Positions 15,001 to 33,509 of a stretch of DNA of 64,000 bases are shown here, piece by piece (the stretch's first letter is position 1; every line of letters starts with the position of its first letter). The stretch lies in assembly GCF_009914755.1 (NCBI RefSeq), contig NC_060946.1. One strand, 5' to 3'. Source of the stretch: the human T2T-CHM13v2.0 reference genome, Homo sapiens. Position numbers and translations under genes: made by a program. Under the pieces are notes generated by a model. The model saw only the letters and a program-made list of their open reading frames with translations, had not been told where the DNA came from and ran no database searches.

Positions 15001-16664
15001 TATTTTTTCTTAATGTGACTAAAGTTTCGTCAATTTTGCTTAATTTTTTTTAAAAACAACTTTTTGTTTCATTGATCTTTTGTATTGTTTTCTTCATTTC
15101 AATTACATTTATCTCTCCTTTAATCTTTATTATTTCTTTCCCTCTACTAATATGGGGTTTCATTTTCTCTTGCTTTTCCAATTCTTTAAGCTGCATCTTA
15201 AAGATTTATTTGAATATTTATTTGAATATTTTTTCTTTTTTTGACATAGGCACTTACAGCTATAAACTTCCCTCTTAGTAGTACTTTTGCCATATCTCAT
15301 AGAATTTGGTATGTTGTGTTTATCATTTGTCTCAAGAAATTTTTTAATTCCCTTCTTAATTTCTTTATTGACCCATTGGTCATTCAGGAGCATATTGGTA
15401 ATTTACACATATTTATATTGTTTCCAAAATTGCTATTATTGATTTCTAGTTTCATTCCATTGTGATAAGAGAAAATATTATATCTTAATATTATTCCAAT
15501 TTTTTTAATGATTTAAGACTTGTTTTCTGACCTAACATATGGTCTATTTTGATAATGATCCATGTGCTTAGGAAAAGAATGTATATTCTGCAGCTGTTGG
15601 ATGAAATGTTCAGTAAATGTCTATTAGGTCCATTTGGACTATAGTGCAGATTAAGTCCAATGTTTGTTGCTTTTTGTCTGGAATATCTGTCCAGTGCTGA
15701 AAGTGGGGTGTTGAAGTCTCCAGCTATTATTTTATTGGAACCTATTTCTCTCTTTAGCTCTAATAATATTTGCTATATATATCTAGGTGCTCCAGTGTTG
15801 GGTATATATGTATATTATATCCTCTTGCTGAATTGACCCTTTATCATTATATAGTGACCTTTGTGTCTCTTAGAGTTATTGTTTTAAAATCCGTTTTGTC
15901 TGATATAAGTGTAGCTATTCCTGATTTTTGGTTTGTTTGTTTCCATTGGCATGGAATATTTTTTCCATCCCTTTATTTTCAGTCTACTTATAGGTTGAGT
16001 ATGTTTCTTGTAGGCAACAGATTATTGCATCCTTTTTAATCCATTCAGCCACTCTATTTTGTTTGGAGAGTTTAGTCCATTTACATTTGATGTTATTATT
16101 GATAAGAACTTACTCCTGCCATTTTGTTATTTGTTTTCTGGTTGTTTCATGATCTCTTCCTTCTTACCTTCTTGTTTTCGTTTTAGTGAAGGTGATTTTC
16201 TCTGGTGACACAATTTAGGTTCTTGCTTTCTATTTTTTGTGTATCCATTGTGGTTCTTTGGTTTAAGGTTACTATGAGGCTTGAAAATACTATCTTCTTA
16301 CCCATTTTTTTAGGCTGATAACAAGTTAACACTGCATAAACAAACAAACAAAAAGAAAACTAATGAAGACTGTACACCTTAACTTTGTCCCCCTGCTTTT
16401 TTACTTTTGTTGTTTCTATGTATATCTTATTGTACTGTCTATGCCTTGAAAAGTTGCAGTTATTTTTTGTTTGTTCATTGTTTAGTCTTTCTACTTAAGA
16501 TAAGAGTTGTACACCACAGTTAGAGTGTTGTAATATGCTTAATTTTCTGTGTACTTTCTGTAATAGTGAGTTTTGTACCTTCAGATGATTTCTTATTGTT
16601 CATTGATGTCATTTTCTTTCTGATTAAAGTACTCCCTTTAGCATTTATTATAGAACAGTTCTGG
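12005..16664 (-). mobile_element. L1MA-type LINE-1 (3'UTR and decayed ORF2)
   Basis: PolyT at the left end. Minus-strand ORFs give ORF2 C-terminal peptides ([17 protein letters not shown]..; [21 protein letters not shown]). Confidence 0.9.
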
Positions 16665-17530
16665 TGTATTAGACTGTTCTTGCACTGCTAATAAAGACAT
16701 ACCCAAGATGGAGTAATTTATAAAGAAAAGAGGTTTAATTGACTCACTGTTCCACATGGCTGGGGAGGCCTCACAATCATGGCAGAAGGCAAAGAAGAGC
16801 AAAGCCACATCTTTCTCACATGGTGGCAGGCCAAGAGAGAATGAGAGTCAAGTGAAAGGGGAAACTTCTTTAAAAACCATCAGATCTTATGAGACTTATT
16901 CACTATAATGAGAACAGCATGGGAAATATCCGTCCCCATGATTCAATTACCTCCCACCAGGTCCCTCACATGATGCATAGGAATTGTGGGAACTACAATT
17001 CAAGATGAGATTTGGATGGGGACACAGCCAAATCATATCATTCTGCCCCTAGCACCTCCCAAATCTCATGTCCTCACATTTCAAAACCAATCATGCCTTC
17101 CCAACGGCCTCCCAAAGTCTTAACTCATTTCAGCATTAACTCAAAAGTCCACAGTCCAAAGCCTCATCTGAGACAAGGCAAACCCTTCTGCCTATGAGCA
17201 TGTAAAATCAAAATTAACTTAGTTAATTCTTAGATACAATGGGAGTATAGGTATTGGGAAAATACAGCCACTCCAAATGGGAGAAATTGACCAACACAAA
17301 GGAGCTGCAGGCCCCAAACAAGTCCAAAATCCAGTGGGCCAGTCAAATCTTAAAGCTCCAAAATGATCTTTGACTGCATGTCTCACATCCAGGTCATGCT
17401 GATGCAAGAGGTGGGTTCCCACAGTCATGGGAGGCTCCAACCCTGTGGCTTTGCTCCTCCCTCCTGGCTGCTTTCCTGGGCTGGCATTGAGTGTCTGTGG
17501 CTTCTCCAGGTGCATGGTGCAAGCTGTTGG
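16665..17530 (-). mobile_element. THE1-type MaLR LTR (16665-17040) plus truncated THE1 internal sequence
   Basis: tgtattagactg...gggacacagccaaatcatatca is the reverse complement of a THE1 LTR. It is followed by internal sequence that stops abruptly at 17530. Confidence 0.88.
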
Positions 17531-22030
<4,500 letters not shown>

Positions 22031-22266
22031 TCATCCATATAACCAAAAACCACTTATACCCCTAAAGCTATTGAAATCTGGAAAAAAAAAAAAAAAAAGA
22101 TGTCCCTTAACCACACTATCCAGGGCCAGATACAGCCTATGTTCCACTGGAAGGTCAAGTGAGTATGAAAGTTTAGGTTGCTGTCACTTATGTCCCCTAA
22201 GCTGAGCTATTAACCATTAGAGGCCTCTGCCTGGCCTGCATCACCAAGCAGGAGTGGCTGGTGACA

Positions 22267-22398
22267 ATGCCACCAAAACAATGCCACTAATTGCTAACCA
22301 ATGGTGGAGTTTTTATTTTGGGTGGCCCCTACTCAGCTGAAGACTGCATGCCCATGTGACCTTACTTTGGGGTGTTTATTGGGTCACGGCTTCTTACA
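22267..22398 (+). pseudogene. Candidate decayed exon 1 of the SLC5/SGLT-like pseudogene
   Basis: ATG 22267 to GT 22399 spans 44 codons in phase 0 (SLC5A1 exon 1 has 45 codons, phase 0). The C-terminal part SAEDCMPM*PYFGVFIGSRLL aligns without gaps to SGLT1 [21 protein letters not shown]. Two stops, weak donor. Confidence 0.3.
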
Positions 22399-23125
22399 GT
22401 GGGACATGTGGCCCTTTGAAGTACAATCTTTGGGCAATCTCGAGGGCTTATGCATCACTGCGCTTCTAGTGGGCAGCTGCAGCAATGGAGCTGTGGACTC
22501 CTTTCTTTTAAGAGACTTTTGTATCAGAAGAGAAAATACAGGCCCTTTATTCCAAATGTAAAGGGACTCCTTTATATCTGAGATTTTTATCCAGATCATT
22601 CAAATAATTTTTAAAAATTGTCCTCAGTTATTAGAAGCATCATTCTGGGTGGCCTGGGCAGGGGCTCTGAAGATTGAGCACCTGTTTGGGGATCTTTCCC
22701 TTAGTGCTGTTATTGAATTAGGAAGCCCACACAAAACTTTGTCTTGGTCACACTTTGGGTCTATGTCTGGCCAAAGGCAAAGGATGAATGAGCCATCTGG
22801 TCACTTCCAGAGGACACTTGCTGCTCCTTCCTTTCTGGAAGTCATAAAACATGCATGCAGATCCAGAAAGCTCTGATTCCTTTCCTTTTTTAGATTATCT
22901 TTCCCCTGGTTCTTTTTAAGAATCATACATTGTTTAAAAAAAAAAAAAGAATCATATATTGTTAACTACAAAAGTTTTGCATGCTCATTGTAAGAACTGA
23001 AAAATGCATAAAACCTTAAAGAATAAGTTACTATTCTTCCCCCATCCATTCCTATCTTTCTGAAGTAACCAGAAGCTGTGTATCTTTCCTCCCCTTCCTT
23101 TTGTCTTGTCTTTCTCTCTCTTCCT

Positions 23126-23424
23126 TTTTTTTTTTTTTTTTTTTTTTACAGAGTCTTTTCTCTCTTGCCCAGGCTGGAGTGTAGTGTGCAATAACATGAT
23201 TTCGGCTCACTGCAGCCTTGAATTCCTGGGCTCAGGTGATCCTCCCATGTCAGCTCCCCCAAGTAGTTGGGACTACTGGTGCATGTCATAACGTCTGGCT
23301 AATACTTGTTTAATTTTTTGTAGAAACGGGTATTACCACGTTACCCAGTTTAGTCTCAAACTCCTGGACTCAAGTGATTTTCCTGCCTTAGCTCCCCTAA
23401 AATTCTGGATTACAGGCATGAGCT
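23126..23424 (-). mobile_element. AluJ
   Basis: PolyT followed by a diverged reverse Alu dimer. Confidence 0.85.
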
Positions 23425-25200
23425 TCCTCCCCTTTCTCAGTGCTTATGCAAACATACGAACGCATATGTAGAATTTTTGCATTGTCTTCACAAAAAGTAG
23501 GATTATATCAAACACATTACTCTGCAGCTTGATTTTTAACTTAATATATTAGAGTCCTAAGGTACAATAGATACAATACAATAGATACAGACCTAGCTCA
23601 TGTTTTAATCAGCTACATAGTTGTCATACAAACGTGTACTATTCAGCTCTTCCCTATTAATTGACACTTAGATTGTTGCCAGGTTTGTTTGTTTACTGTG
23701 TTGGTGCTTTTCATTTGTGTGGTGTGGATTCCCAAAATTGAACTTGCAGAGTCAGAAGGACATGTTTACATTTTAATAGCTATCGCTAAATGGCAATCCC
23801 CAAAGGTTGTTGACATCTGCATTTCACACTGGCAGCATATGAGCATGCCCTTTTCCCCAAGCTCTCCCCAGCCTTGACAGCTGCTTGTTTAATTTGTGCA
23901 TGTGCCAATCTGATGGGAAAGCAGTGATGTCTCGTAGCTTTCATTTGCTCTTCCCAAATGCTATTGATACAGGAGTTAAGAAGAAATCACTTACCCAGAT
24001 AGTAAGGGTATGGAACTCCTTGGTAAGGCTTTTCTCATTAATAAAAAGCAGCCCCAAATTATTTTCTTACAAAGAACAGCCTGTAAATTCAAGCTGCAGC
24101 CATAGATAAGCAAGATGGGAGCTTGCACAGGTGAATACTGGCAGGAACTAGGGACTAGACATGTTCAAGACGACAGCTCCATATTCCCTTCACTTTGTCA
24201 GCCACGTGAACAGTAAAGAGCAGACAAGATGGCACCGGGCAACTGGTAAGCTCAGTTGCATAAGATTACTTATTATGCAATGCTATGTAAACATCATACC
24301 TGATTGAACCAATCTGTGAGCCTTATGTAAATCAGACACCACCTTCTCCAGCGTACTTATAAAATCTGCTGCGGTCCACTATCTCCCGCTTTTCAGACAT
24401 CTCTCTCTCACAAGGAGCTTCTCTTCTCTCTCCTTTCTCCTATTAAACTTTCCACTCCTTAACCTACCCACATGTGTCCATGTCCTCGATTCTTTCTTGG
24501 TGTGAGACAACAAAACCCAGGGTATACACCCCAGAAAATGTAGCCATTTCAGTTGGGGGTTCTCATCTGGGATTGGGATCAGAACAGAAGGTAGAATCAT
24601 TGGAGTGGTAAGTATGGAGTGAACCTCAAAATCTGTCCTTTCATTCTGAGGCTCTCAGCCTGCATTTTAAAATCAAATTAAATCAATAACATGTATACAT
24701 CAGCCATTTAAAAATATGATTATCATGGCTACCCTTCTTAAAGACTCGGATGTCAGGCTTACTGGGGAGAATATGGAAAATCCCCCAATACTCACAGGTC
24801 ATTGGGTTCATTGGCCATGCTTTGAACAAGCTTCCTTTCATGGAGAACCTAACTATCATGTGAGGCCAGAAGTCCTGGAGCAACTAAAAGTTTCCAACCA
24901 GGGCACACCCTGGTGTTATTCAAAGGTTTCTGGACTAACCCAGCTTCTGACAGCCCATCTGGGTGTTAGTAAAGGATCCGCAGCTATCTTGTTGCAGAAT
25001 TTTCCTCCTTTTCCTATCTATAGTCGCTATGTCTCTATCCTCTCTGTGTGCTCAGTGTGTGGAAAGTTTTACAGTTCAGGGAAGTAATCATGTTTGACAA
25101 GATCAGGGAATGTCGTACTAACCAGGGATATAGCTCAAGGGAAGGCAACTCTGTGATTTTCTATGAACAGAGGGTCCCCCCACACACAGTGAGCATCTCT

Positions 25201-25324
25201 CTCTGCCCTTGGTCTGGAGAGCACATGGCATTTCCAGGTCTCTCTCTGCCCTTGGTCTGGAGAGCACATGGCATGTCAAAGTCACTCTGCCCTTGGTCTG
25301 GACAGTATATGGCCTTTCAAGGTC
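25201..25324 (+). repeat. Three ~42-bp tandem repeats in the ERV leader
   Basis: ctctgcccttggtctgga.ag units start at 25201, 25244 and 25285. Confidence 0.9.
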
Positions 25325-25461
25325 CACTGTGCCACCTAGTGGAATAGGGATCCTCTCCACGAGGCACTTTGTCCGTCCTTCACCGAAACAGCCTCACTTT
25401 CCAATTCTCTCCCCTTTTTATGCCTCTCTACTAGAAACCAGGCTTCATGCTACTTCTGTAA

Positions 25462-25986
25462 ATGGGAAAAATCTGCTGTCAACAATTAGGAGTAAAATAT
25501 CCTCCAAAACCGAATTTTAGTCTCGGTACTGTCCCATCAGCAGCAAAAATGGCCATTTGGTCCTTATGTTCTCTTAAGGCACCTATTCTATCTCCAATTA
25601 GTATGGCTTCCAGTCTCACTTATCTGCGGCCACCTCCAACCATGCCACCAGCTCTTCCACCTCCACCATCTCCAAAATTTCCCACTCCCCCACCTTCACT
25701 CTTACCCCTACAGGAAATGCCCAATGGAGGTGATGCCACTAGGGTTCAAGTTCCCTTCTCATTGCAGGACCTTAGACAGGTAAAGGGAGACTTAGGCCAA
25801 TTTTCTAATGACCCTGATAGGTATATAGAAGCTTTCCAAAATTTAACTCAGGTACTTGACTTCTCACGGAGGGATGTTATGCTGCTGCTAAGGCAAACCC
25901 TAACTGTGGCTGAAAAACAGGTAACTCTGCAGGTGGCAGAGAATTTTGGAGATGAGCAATATGTCTCCTATAACAGGCAAAAATGA
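25462..25986 (+). pseudogene. ERV1 gag remnant (Pro-rich region and capsid N-terminus)
   Basis: VQVPFSLQDLRQVKGDLGQFSNDPDRYIEAFQNLTQ..RDVMLLLRQTLT.AEK matches HERV-W/ERV9-type gag p30. Confidence 0.85.
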
Positions 25987-28900
25987 AAAAGAGAAAATAG
26001 GGAAAGTGAAGAAATAGGGAAAACACCATTGTCAATAGGAAGGAAAGCAATACTTCTTGACAAGTCTAATTGGAACCCCAGAATTTTCTGTGGTATTTGA
26101 CCTTCTTTCACAGTTTAAAATGGCTTCTATCTTCTTTTATAATGTTCTTCCAACCTGGGAAAAGTCAATTTTCCAAACCTTAAAATGATTGGCTTAGAGT
26201 TGAGCTAAGGGGAAGAGAACCCAGAAGCCTGACATGCTAGCAGAGTAAAAATTTCTTACCAGTCAGACTTTTGGCTCCTCTCTCCCTGTGCAAACCAGTA
26301 AAAGGGATAATAAGGATCATTGTTTATATTCTCTGTAAAGTTTTAACTAATGAAAAAGGATTTGTGAGTTTGGTCTTAAGCTGTAGCCAATCTGGTGTGC
26401 TTTGTGTGTTTTTCTGTATGGTTCTGTCAAAAGAAAGGGTACTTTAGGTTAGGTTACAGACACAGGAAACCAAAAGCCTGCTGTTCAAGCAAGCCAAACA
26501 AAATAATCAGTAACAAACTTGGTTACAGGCCACCATCTTGTTTCATGTCCTTGGGAACATGACCTGTAACCACATGGCAGTACTTTGTTTTAGTCTCTGC
26601 CATTTTACAATGGTGGCTGTCTTCTTGTGCTAAGTCAATTCCTGGGTGAGGGCCACAAAATCAGATAAGCCAGTTTGTCAATCTGGGTGGTGCCAGCTGA
26701 TCCATCTAGGGTAATGTTTATAAAATATCTTAAGCACTGATCTTGAGAGCAGTTAAGGAAGGGTCAAAAATCTTGTAGCTTCCAGCTGTATGACTCCTGA
26801 GCCATGGTTTCCAGTCTTGTGGCTAGTTTTTTGGTCTGGTCCCCAAACAAGAGGGAAGTATATCTTAGGAAAGGACTGTTATCATCTTTGTTTTGGACTA
26901 CAAACAGTGAACCAGGCCCCTCCCAAAGTTGGTTCAGCCTACACCCAGGGATGGGCAAGGACAGCTTGGGGGCTGGAAACAAAATGAAGTTGGTTGGGTC
27001 AGATCTCTTCTACTGTCTCAGTAACAATTTTTTAAACACAGTTTCAAAAGCGCTTATCACCCCCTTAAAAATACTTTGTACACTCGCGGTTAAGTCATAA
27101 CCTAATTAAGGCTTGTTGGCTTCAACTGTGAGGTTAATTTTTGTAAAGTTCAAAAACCAAAAATTTTAACTCCTTGGCATGGCTAAAGTTGAGTAACAAA
27201 AGAATTAAAAGAATTTTCTTAAAGAACACTCAGTTTAATTAAAAGTGGATATTCAAGTTATAGGTATATTTAAAAGACCTTTATATTTTTCTCTTCTTAA
27301 ATTTTTCTGGGAAAAGGGTTTTTTTCTCCATCAACTGAATTATTTTTCTCCATTCTTTGTCTTGACACTTTTAACACATGCACAAGAGGCCCTAAGATAA
27401 CTTCTGGTAACATGGGATTCCTTGGGAAAAACAGAGACCACAGACTCCATTTTGGGGGGGAAAACCCTCTGTTTTCCTCATAAAACCCCAGGAATTAAAA
27501 GCAGATAGTTCCCTCTCAAAATCAAAGGCTCTGTACTATTTTGCATTGTGTTATCTGACAGTTTTAAGTTTGAGGGGCATCAAATTACTGCACATTACAG
27601 AGACCTTTGGTGTCTAATAACCAGGTAAGGAAAACACTTTAAGGGATGGCTAATAGTAGTTATAAATCAGAGAAGCATGTTATTGGCCACCTGAAAGATA
27701 TGGAAATATCCCCACCCCCCACTGAGAGATGAGGCTCCTGTGGGAAATGGGCTGATTACAAAATAAGCCAATTGTCTTTGGGTTGCCTTGCAATGAAATG
27801 CATAGTAGAGGCACTGCACACTGTCTTCTCCCATAGAATCTCCCTCCTTTTGGGGATCCAAGATCCAGAATAAAATGGCACCCTTAATTTTGAGGATCTG
27901 CCTTTGCCTTCAGCTGTGCTTGCTTATTTTGCCCTAGAAATGCATGCCTTCCTGGCACTGTTCCTCCAAGGGCTCCACCCTGAAGCAAGTAATCCAATTA
28001 AGAAATTGGCAAATACAAAAATCGTACAAGTGTTGAATCTTCTGTTTGTGGTCGCTATAAATGTGTTGTGTGTAATGTCTATAAAAAGAGCTCTAATTGA
28101 TTGGCTTAAAGAAAAATAGGCACTTAAGTCAAATATTTTTTAGTTCATATGACTTTAATCTTTAAGAAACAAAAATAGTCTTAAGGGTTATTGGTAAAAT
28201 GCAAGTGTCATCAAAATTCAAATAGGTGGTCTAAATCATACAACTTAGATACTAGGTTTGCTAAATGTTCCAAGGTTGTATTACTGGTTGCTTTACAGAT
28301 AGGTAAGGCCTTGGACACGTAGAGTTAGATACTAGAAAGAGTCAAACCTTATCTGTACTTCTATCTGGGTCCTAGGTTCCACACCTGGTAAATAATTACA
28401 ATCACTTACTAACCAGGTTTTTCACCAATGTAAAAATTGCTAAGAGTTAACAGCGCAACATGTATTTGAGATGACTAAACAGTTTTATCTGCAAAGTGTA
28501 TAAAAACAGTAAAGTATGTCTTTTAGTAAAAGATTACAAGAAAGCATAGAAATGTAAATTTTGCCTAGGGATAAGGGATTATCTTAAATTTGATATGATA
28601 AAGGTAAAGGTTTAAGTAAGTTGTGGAAGATTGTAAAAATTAATCTTGCAAAAAATGTGTAAACATTAACTAAATTCAAAATGGTATCTTATAGTCTTTT
28701 CACAGATTGAACATTGAAATAAAAGCACAGCAAAGCTGTCTTAAGACAATCATCTTCCCTTTAGCAAAAGGGGTTATAAAAGGTTTCTATAGATTTCACC
28801 TCATGGTTACATTGGTTAAGATTAGATGGAATTGTCTATGAGGTTTCATTAGAAATTGGGGTTTAACATTAATAAACTAATGCAAGGGAAGATTTTGGCT

Positions 28901-30300
28901 TTGAACAGGATTTCCATGCAGTAGTAAAGGCTAATGAAAGGTTTTTGCTTTTTGAGTCATCATTTTGGCAAAATAAGTAATTTACGGTAATGTGGAATTC
29001 TATTTTGTAACATCAAGTGTTTTAAACCTCTAACACTTAACAGGCATTCCAAAATCAAACTTCAAGTTTCAAAATTGTCTTTCCTGATGCCTGGCATTCT
29101 GGATGGTTCAGAGGGCCCCTGAAACATTCAGAAAAGAGGTGTACAGGATTGTTTGACCTGTTTAGTCACATGAAATTGCCAAATGATGTCCAATTCTCTT
29201 TAAGTTATATTTTGGTGAATACTAATATATGTTCCAAAATTGTATGGGATTTCTAAAATTCTACCTTCTGAGTATATGCTATCAATCATAATTAATGGTA
29301 AAGTTATTGTAAACCATGGAGATAACTGAACTTCATCAGTCATGTTTTTAACTGTAACTACCCTGGAAATTTTGTCATTCACGGACAATTGTTGTCTTGC
29401 TTTGTTCCTTCTCAAAAGATGGTTTATAATCAAGCTATATTAAGGACTTTAACACATGTTCTCGAATGCAGGTTTTTAATAGCTTTGAAGATTGTAACAT
29501 TGGAAAAGAGAAAGAACATACAAGGCTCATGAAAAACTGAAATGTTTACAAATGTCAAGCAAAACAAGAGTTAACTAAATGGCCTGCCCTCAGAAAGTTA
29601 AAGCAATGTTTTTGACTTTTGCTTGGAATATTCCTGATCCTTGTTTTGTTTTTCAGAGTCAAGGAAGCTTGTTTTGAACTATTTGTGGCCTTTATTAATT
29701 GAGTAAGGTATGCTGCTGTGAACAAAATTTGGAAGATGTTTGTTTCTGTCTAGTTCCTCTAGAATGTGGAAACTATCTGTGAGTATTCTTAACATATGGC
29801 AATATAGTTGTTTAGATCAATGCAATACAAATCCATTTTTTTTTTGCAACAGGACACAATTGGAAAAACTGGCTATTTTATCAAGGCTTTGACTGGACAG
29901 GTATGCTTCCCTTTAAGGAGTCAATCTTGACCTGCAGAGCCAATAAAAGCCCCTTGGGGAAGACTGGCCTCATACCTTGTCTACACAGTCCATGTACAGG
30001 GTTTCTGACCTGTGGTCAGTAAAGAATGTCACTTTCTAACAGGTCCAGGAGCTCACAGGTATTTGAGGAGATGAACCCATGGCTGGGCTCAGCTCTAAGG
30101 GATCCTATTTAAGATTCCTTGTGGAATAGAGTTCCATCAAAGTCAATCCAAAAGGCCCATGTAGAGATAAGCATTGTTGCTGCACTTTATGCAAATGATC
30201 AGGCCAAGTATAAGACTGAAGTTTATTCTACAAACAACACAGTCCTATAACCATTTGTGAAGTGAGAACTGGAGAGAAAAAGATTACGCTCCAAAGCTTA

Positions 30301-30582
<282 letters not shown>

Positions 30583-30917
30583 TCACTAGCTTCAAGCATG
30601 TTGTAGATGGATCATGGAAGTAATGAAAGGATTAAAAGGATGATAAATACTTGTCCTTAAATGAAGAGTTGGTTGTTTAAAAAGAAGGGTCTTTAGGACA
30701 AGTCAGAAAGTTTAAGCATGTCTTAGATGGTCTGTGGAAGTCATGAGGGGATTAATAATTGCAGGAAAGATTTAGCCAAAGTTAACACTGAAGTTACTGT
30801 AGCCACCCAAATTCAATGCCACTTATTCTAAAAAAGAACGTTACTTTTATATTAATGTTTCAGCAGCATCTGGTGGAAGGAAACCAGTATCACAACCCAT
30901 TGGAATGACTGACAGCA

Positions 30918-31000
30918 ATCAAACTCCAAATGGTGCTGCAGATCAAGCCACACATGGACACATCTTTCTTCCAAGGACCCTTAGATCAACCCAGGAGGAG
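30918..31000 (+). pseudogene. ERV1 env cytoplasmic-tail remnant
   Basis: IKLQMVLQIKPHMDTSFFQGPLDQP resembles ERV1 env C-termini (IKLQMVLQMEP..RGPLDRP), just before the PPT. Confidence 0.65.
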
Positions 31001-31644
31001 TCCTAGCTGCTGTTACCCACATGATGGCCCCTTTCAGCAGGAAGTAGCCAGAAAGAGTCATCATCCAATTTCCCCAACAGCAATTAGGGTTAACACTCCA
31101 GAGCGGGGAGTGATACAGGAGGTAAGAAGAAATCACTAAGGCAGATAGAGCAGACAGTATGACACTGATCAACCAGAAAACCTATTTGCATAATAAGATC
31201 AGGGTGAGACAACCAGGCTTCCCTGCATGCTATGTGAATGTCATACCTGACTGAACCATTCTGTGAGCCCTATGTAAATCAGACACCACCTTCTCCAGCC
31301 TGCCTATAAAACCTGCTGTGGTTGGCCACCTCCCCCTTTTTGGATGTCTCTCTCTTGCAAGGAGCTGCTCTCCTCTCTCTTTTATTAAACTTTCCGCTCC
31401 TTAACCCACTCAGACATGTTCATATCCTGAATTCTTTCTCAGTGAGAGACAACAAACCCCAGGGTATATAACCCAAACAATGTAGCCATTTCACTATGAG
31501 GTTGAGCATCTTCTCATGAGTTTCTCTGTTGTTTTTCGTCTTCTGTGAATAGCCAGTTTATTTGGCCATTTTTGAATTGGGTTGTTTGACTTTACTTTTG
31601 TCAACCTGTCATTTCACTAATGATTTTTCCAAAGTACCAGTTGT

Positions 31645-31835
31645 CTAGACCAGTGTTCCTCAATCTCAGCACTACTGACATTTGGGGCCAAATAATTCCT
31701 TGTTGTGAGGCATCTGTCCTCACAAGCATGCTTAGAAGTATCCCTGGCCCCTACTCAGTTGTGACAACCAAACATGTTCCGGAGATTGCCATATGTCCCC
31801 TCAGGGGATGGTGGAAAATCACCATTGGTCTAGAC
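31645..31835. mobile_element. MER20
   Basis: Contains cagtgttcctcaatctcagcactactgacatttggggcc..gtgacaaccaaacatgt. Confidence 0.75.
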
Positions 31836-33282
31836 TCTGCTGTTGGTGGCTTTTTCTTATTTGAATTTTTGTTCACTTTTAAATGTCAGCATTCTCTTTT
31901 CCTGTCTACCTTCTAGATTTCCTAGCTTGCTTAGGAATGTTTTTCTCTCTTCAAGACTATACAAATATTATTCTAAATGTTCTAACATTTTTATGTTTTT
32001 TAATGTTTGCATTTCTAGAATATCTAGAATTCACCTTTTTGTATGATGAGATAGGAAAAGTCTAGCTTTATTTTATTCCAGTTATTGAGCAAATCAGTCT
32101 TTTCCCACTGAATTGAAATGTCCACATTTGCACAGATGAAAACTCCTTTCTGAAAGCATGTGTAAGCTTCTGCCTGCTGGGCCCCCCACAGGAAACCGAG
32201 AAGCCTTGATCTTTGTTGCTGGTGCCCTGGCTCTTACAGGAGATTAAGGTAGGGGAAACATACACTTTTTGTTTGTTTCTCTTTATCAATTTTGGCCCAG
32301 AGATCTTTGAGAAAGTATTAAATATATCTTCCGCTCCCCAACCCAAGTCTGGCTATTGTGACTGTTGTATTATTCCAGAAAGGGAACAGGGAGGAAGAAA
32401 GAATCAGAGACATGTGGTTAAAGTCATCTTCTTTCTGGAATCTCTTCGTCTGGCTTGTTTTTTGTTGTTTTGTTTTTTAGTGAAAAGAGGGTGACTTTCT
32501 TCATCTGAGAACATTTTATAAATTTCTTTCAAAGTTCTAATACCCTTCTACCTACCTACCATTGATACCTTCTATAAGAAAGGTCAACTATACACATAGT
32601 AGGCCCTCAAATACTTACTGAATGAATGAAGTAAGATTAACTTAATGTGATTCAGGTGTTCTGGTTTAAGCCTCTCTGATGTGAAGAAACTGCCTGTAAA
32701 ATGCAGATACTGCTGGTGGCAGTAATAAGTTCACTTGTTGCATGGAAAGTATTTCTACCAACAAGTTGTCATCCTTAGGTCATGCTAGGCCCAGGTAATT
32801 AGGGAAATCTCTAATATTGCCTTTTGGCCTACCTGGTCTGGGGATCAGGGCTGGGGACCCTGAGTAGAGAGCACTTGGGTTAATTAGAAGGACACTATAG
32901 CAACAGCAATGTGACTGTCCTTTTGGAAGCAGCAAGGCATCTATTAAGCTTTGCCAGTCCTGATTGATGCATACATTCACTAAACCACTTCTCTCCCTGA
33001 CCCTGCTGGAAACCATGGTACTGCTTAACTATTTGGGTACAGGGGGGAGAGGCAATCTTATTTTCACATGAGGAGAAATGATTTAGTCTTGCAGTTTCAT
33101 AGCTGGAAGGGACTGTAGTCTCCACGGGCCCTCCTCTAACTTAGGGGGTAGCAGGTTCCATTCCTAAAAAGAAGGGAGGAATGGACTTGGGAACAACTGA
33201 AGGTCGTCGATTTGAGAGATCTGTGTCTTTGGAGCAGTCTGGTATCTTGTATTCCACTGTGACTTTTTGGTTTTGTTTTTAG

Positions 33283-33354
33283 GCTGTAATGATGAGCAAT
33301 CATGGAACCACAGGAAACTTCTTCCTGGCTGGCCAAAATCTATCATGGTTGCCA
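33283..33354 (+). pseudogene. SGLT-like exon 2 (72 nt)
   Basis: ttttgtttttAG|...|GTgagc. AVMMSNHGTTGNFFLAGQNLSWLP vs SGLT1 [24 protein letters not shown] (12/24 identical). Confidence 0.9.
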
Positions 33355-33509
33355 GTGAGCAGGCCTTGCATCCACTTTGGAAGGTATGTGTAAGCTTGTC
33401 TGTTACTTTGATTTAGACGTCTAATCCCCAAAATAATGTGAAGTTGCTAAATCAAGAATGTTATTTAATTAGTAGTTTCCTTAACTTTCAAGTAGTTTAC
33501 CTAAATGTG

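Noticed and set aside
24145-24166. Complete p53 response element in the 5' LTR
   Set aside because: Only one half-site fits RRRCWWGYYY; the neighbouring decamer has several mismatches.
25201-25324. CRISPR-like or novel repeat array
   Set aside because: Three tandem units without unique spacers, inside an ERV leader in eukaryotic DNA.
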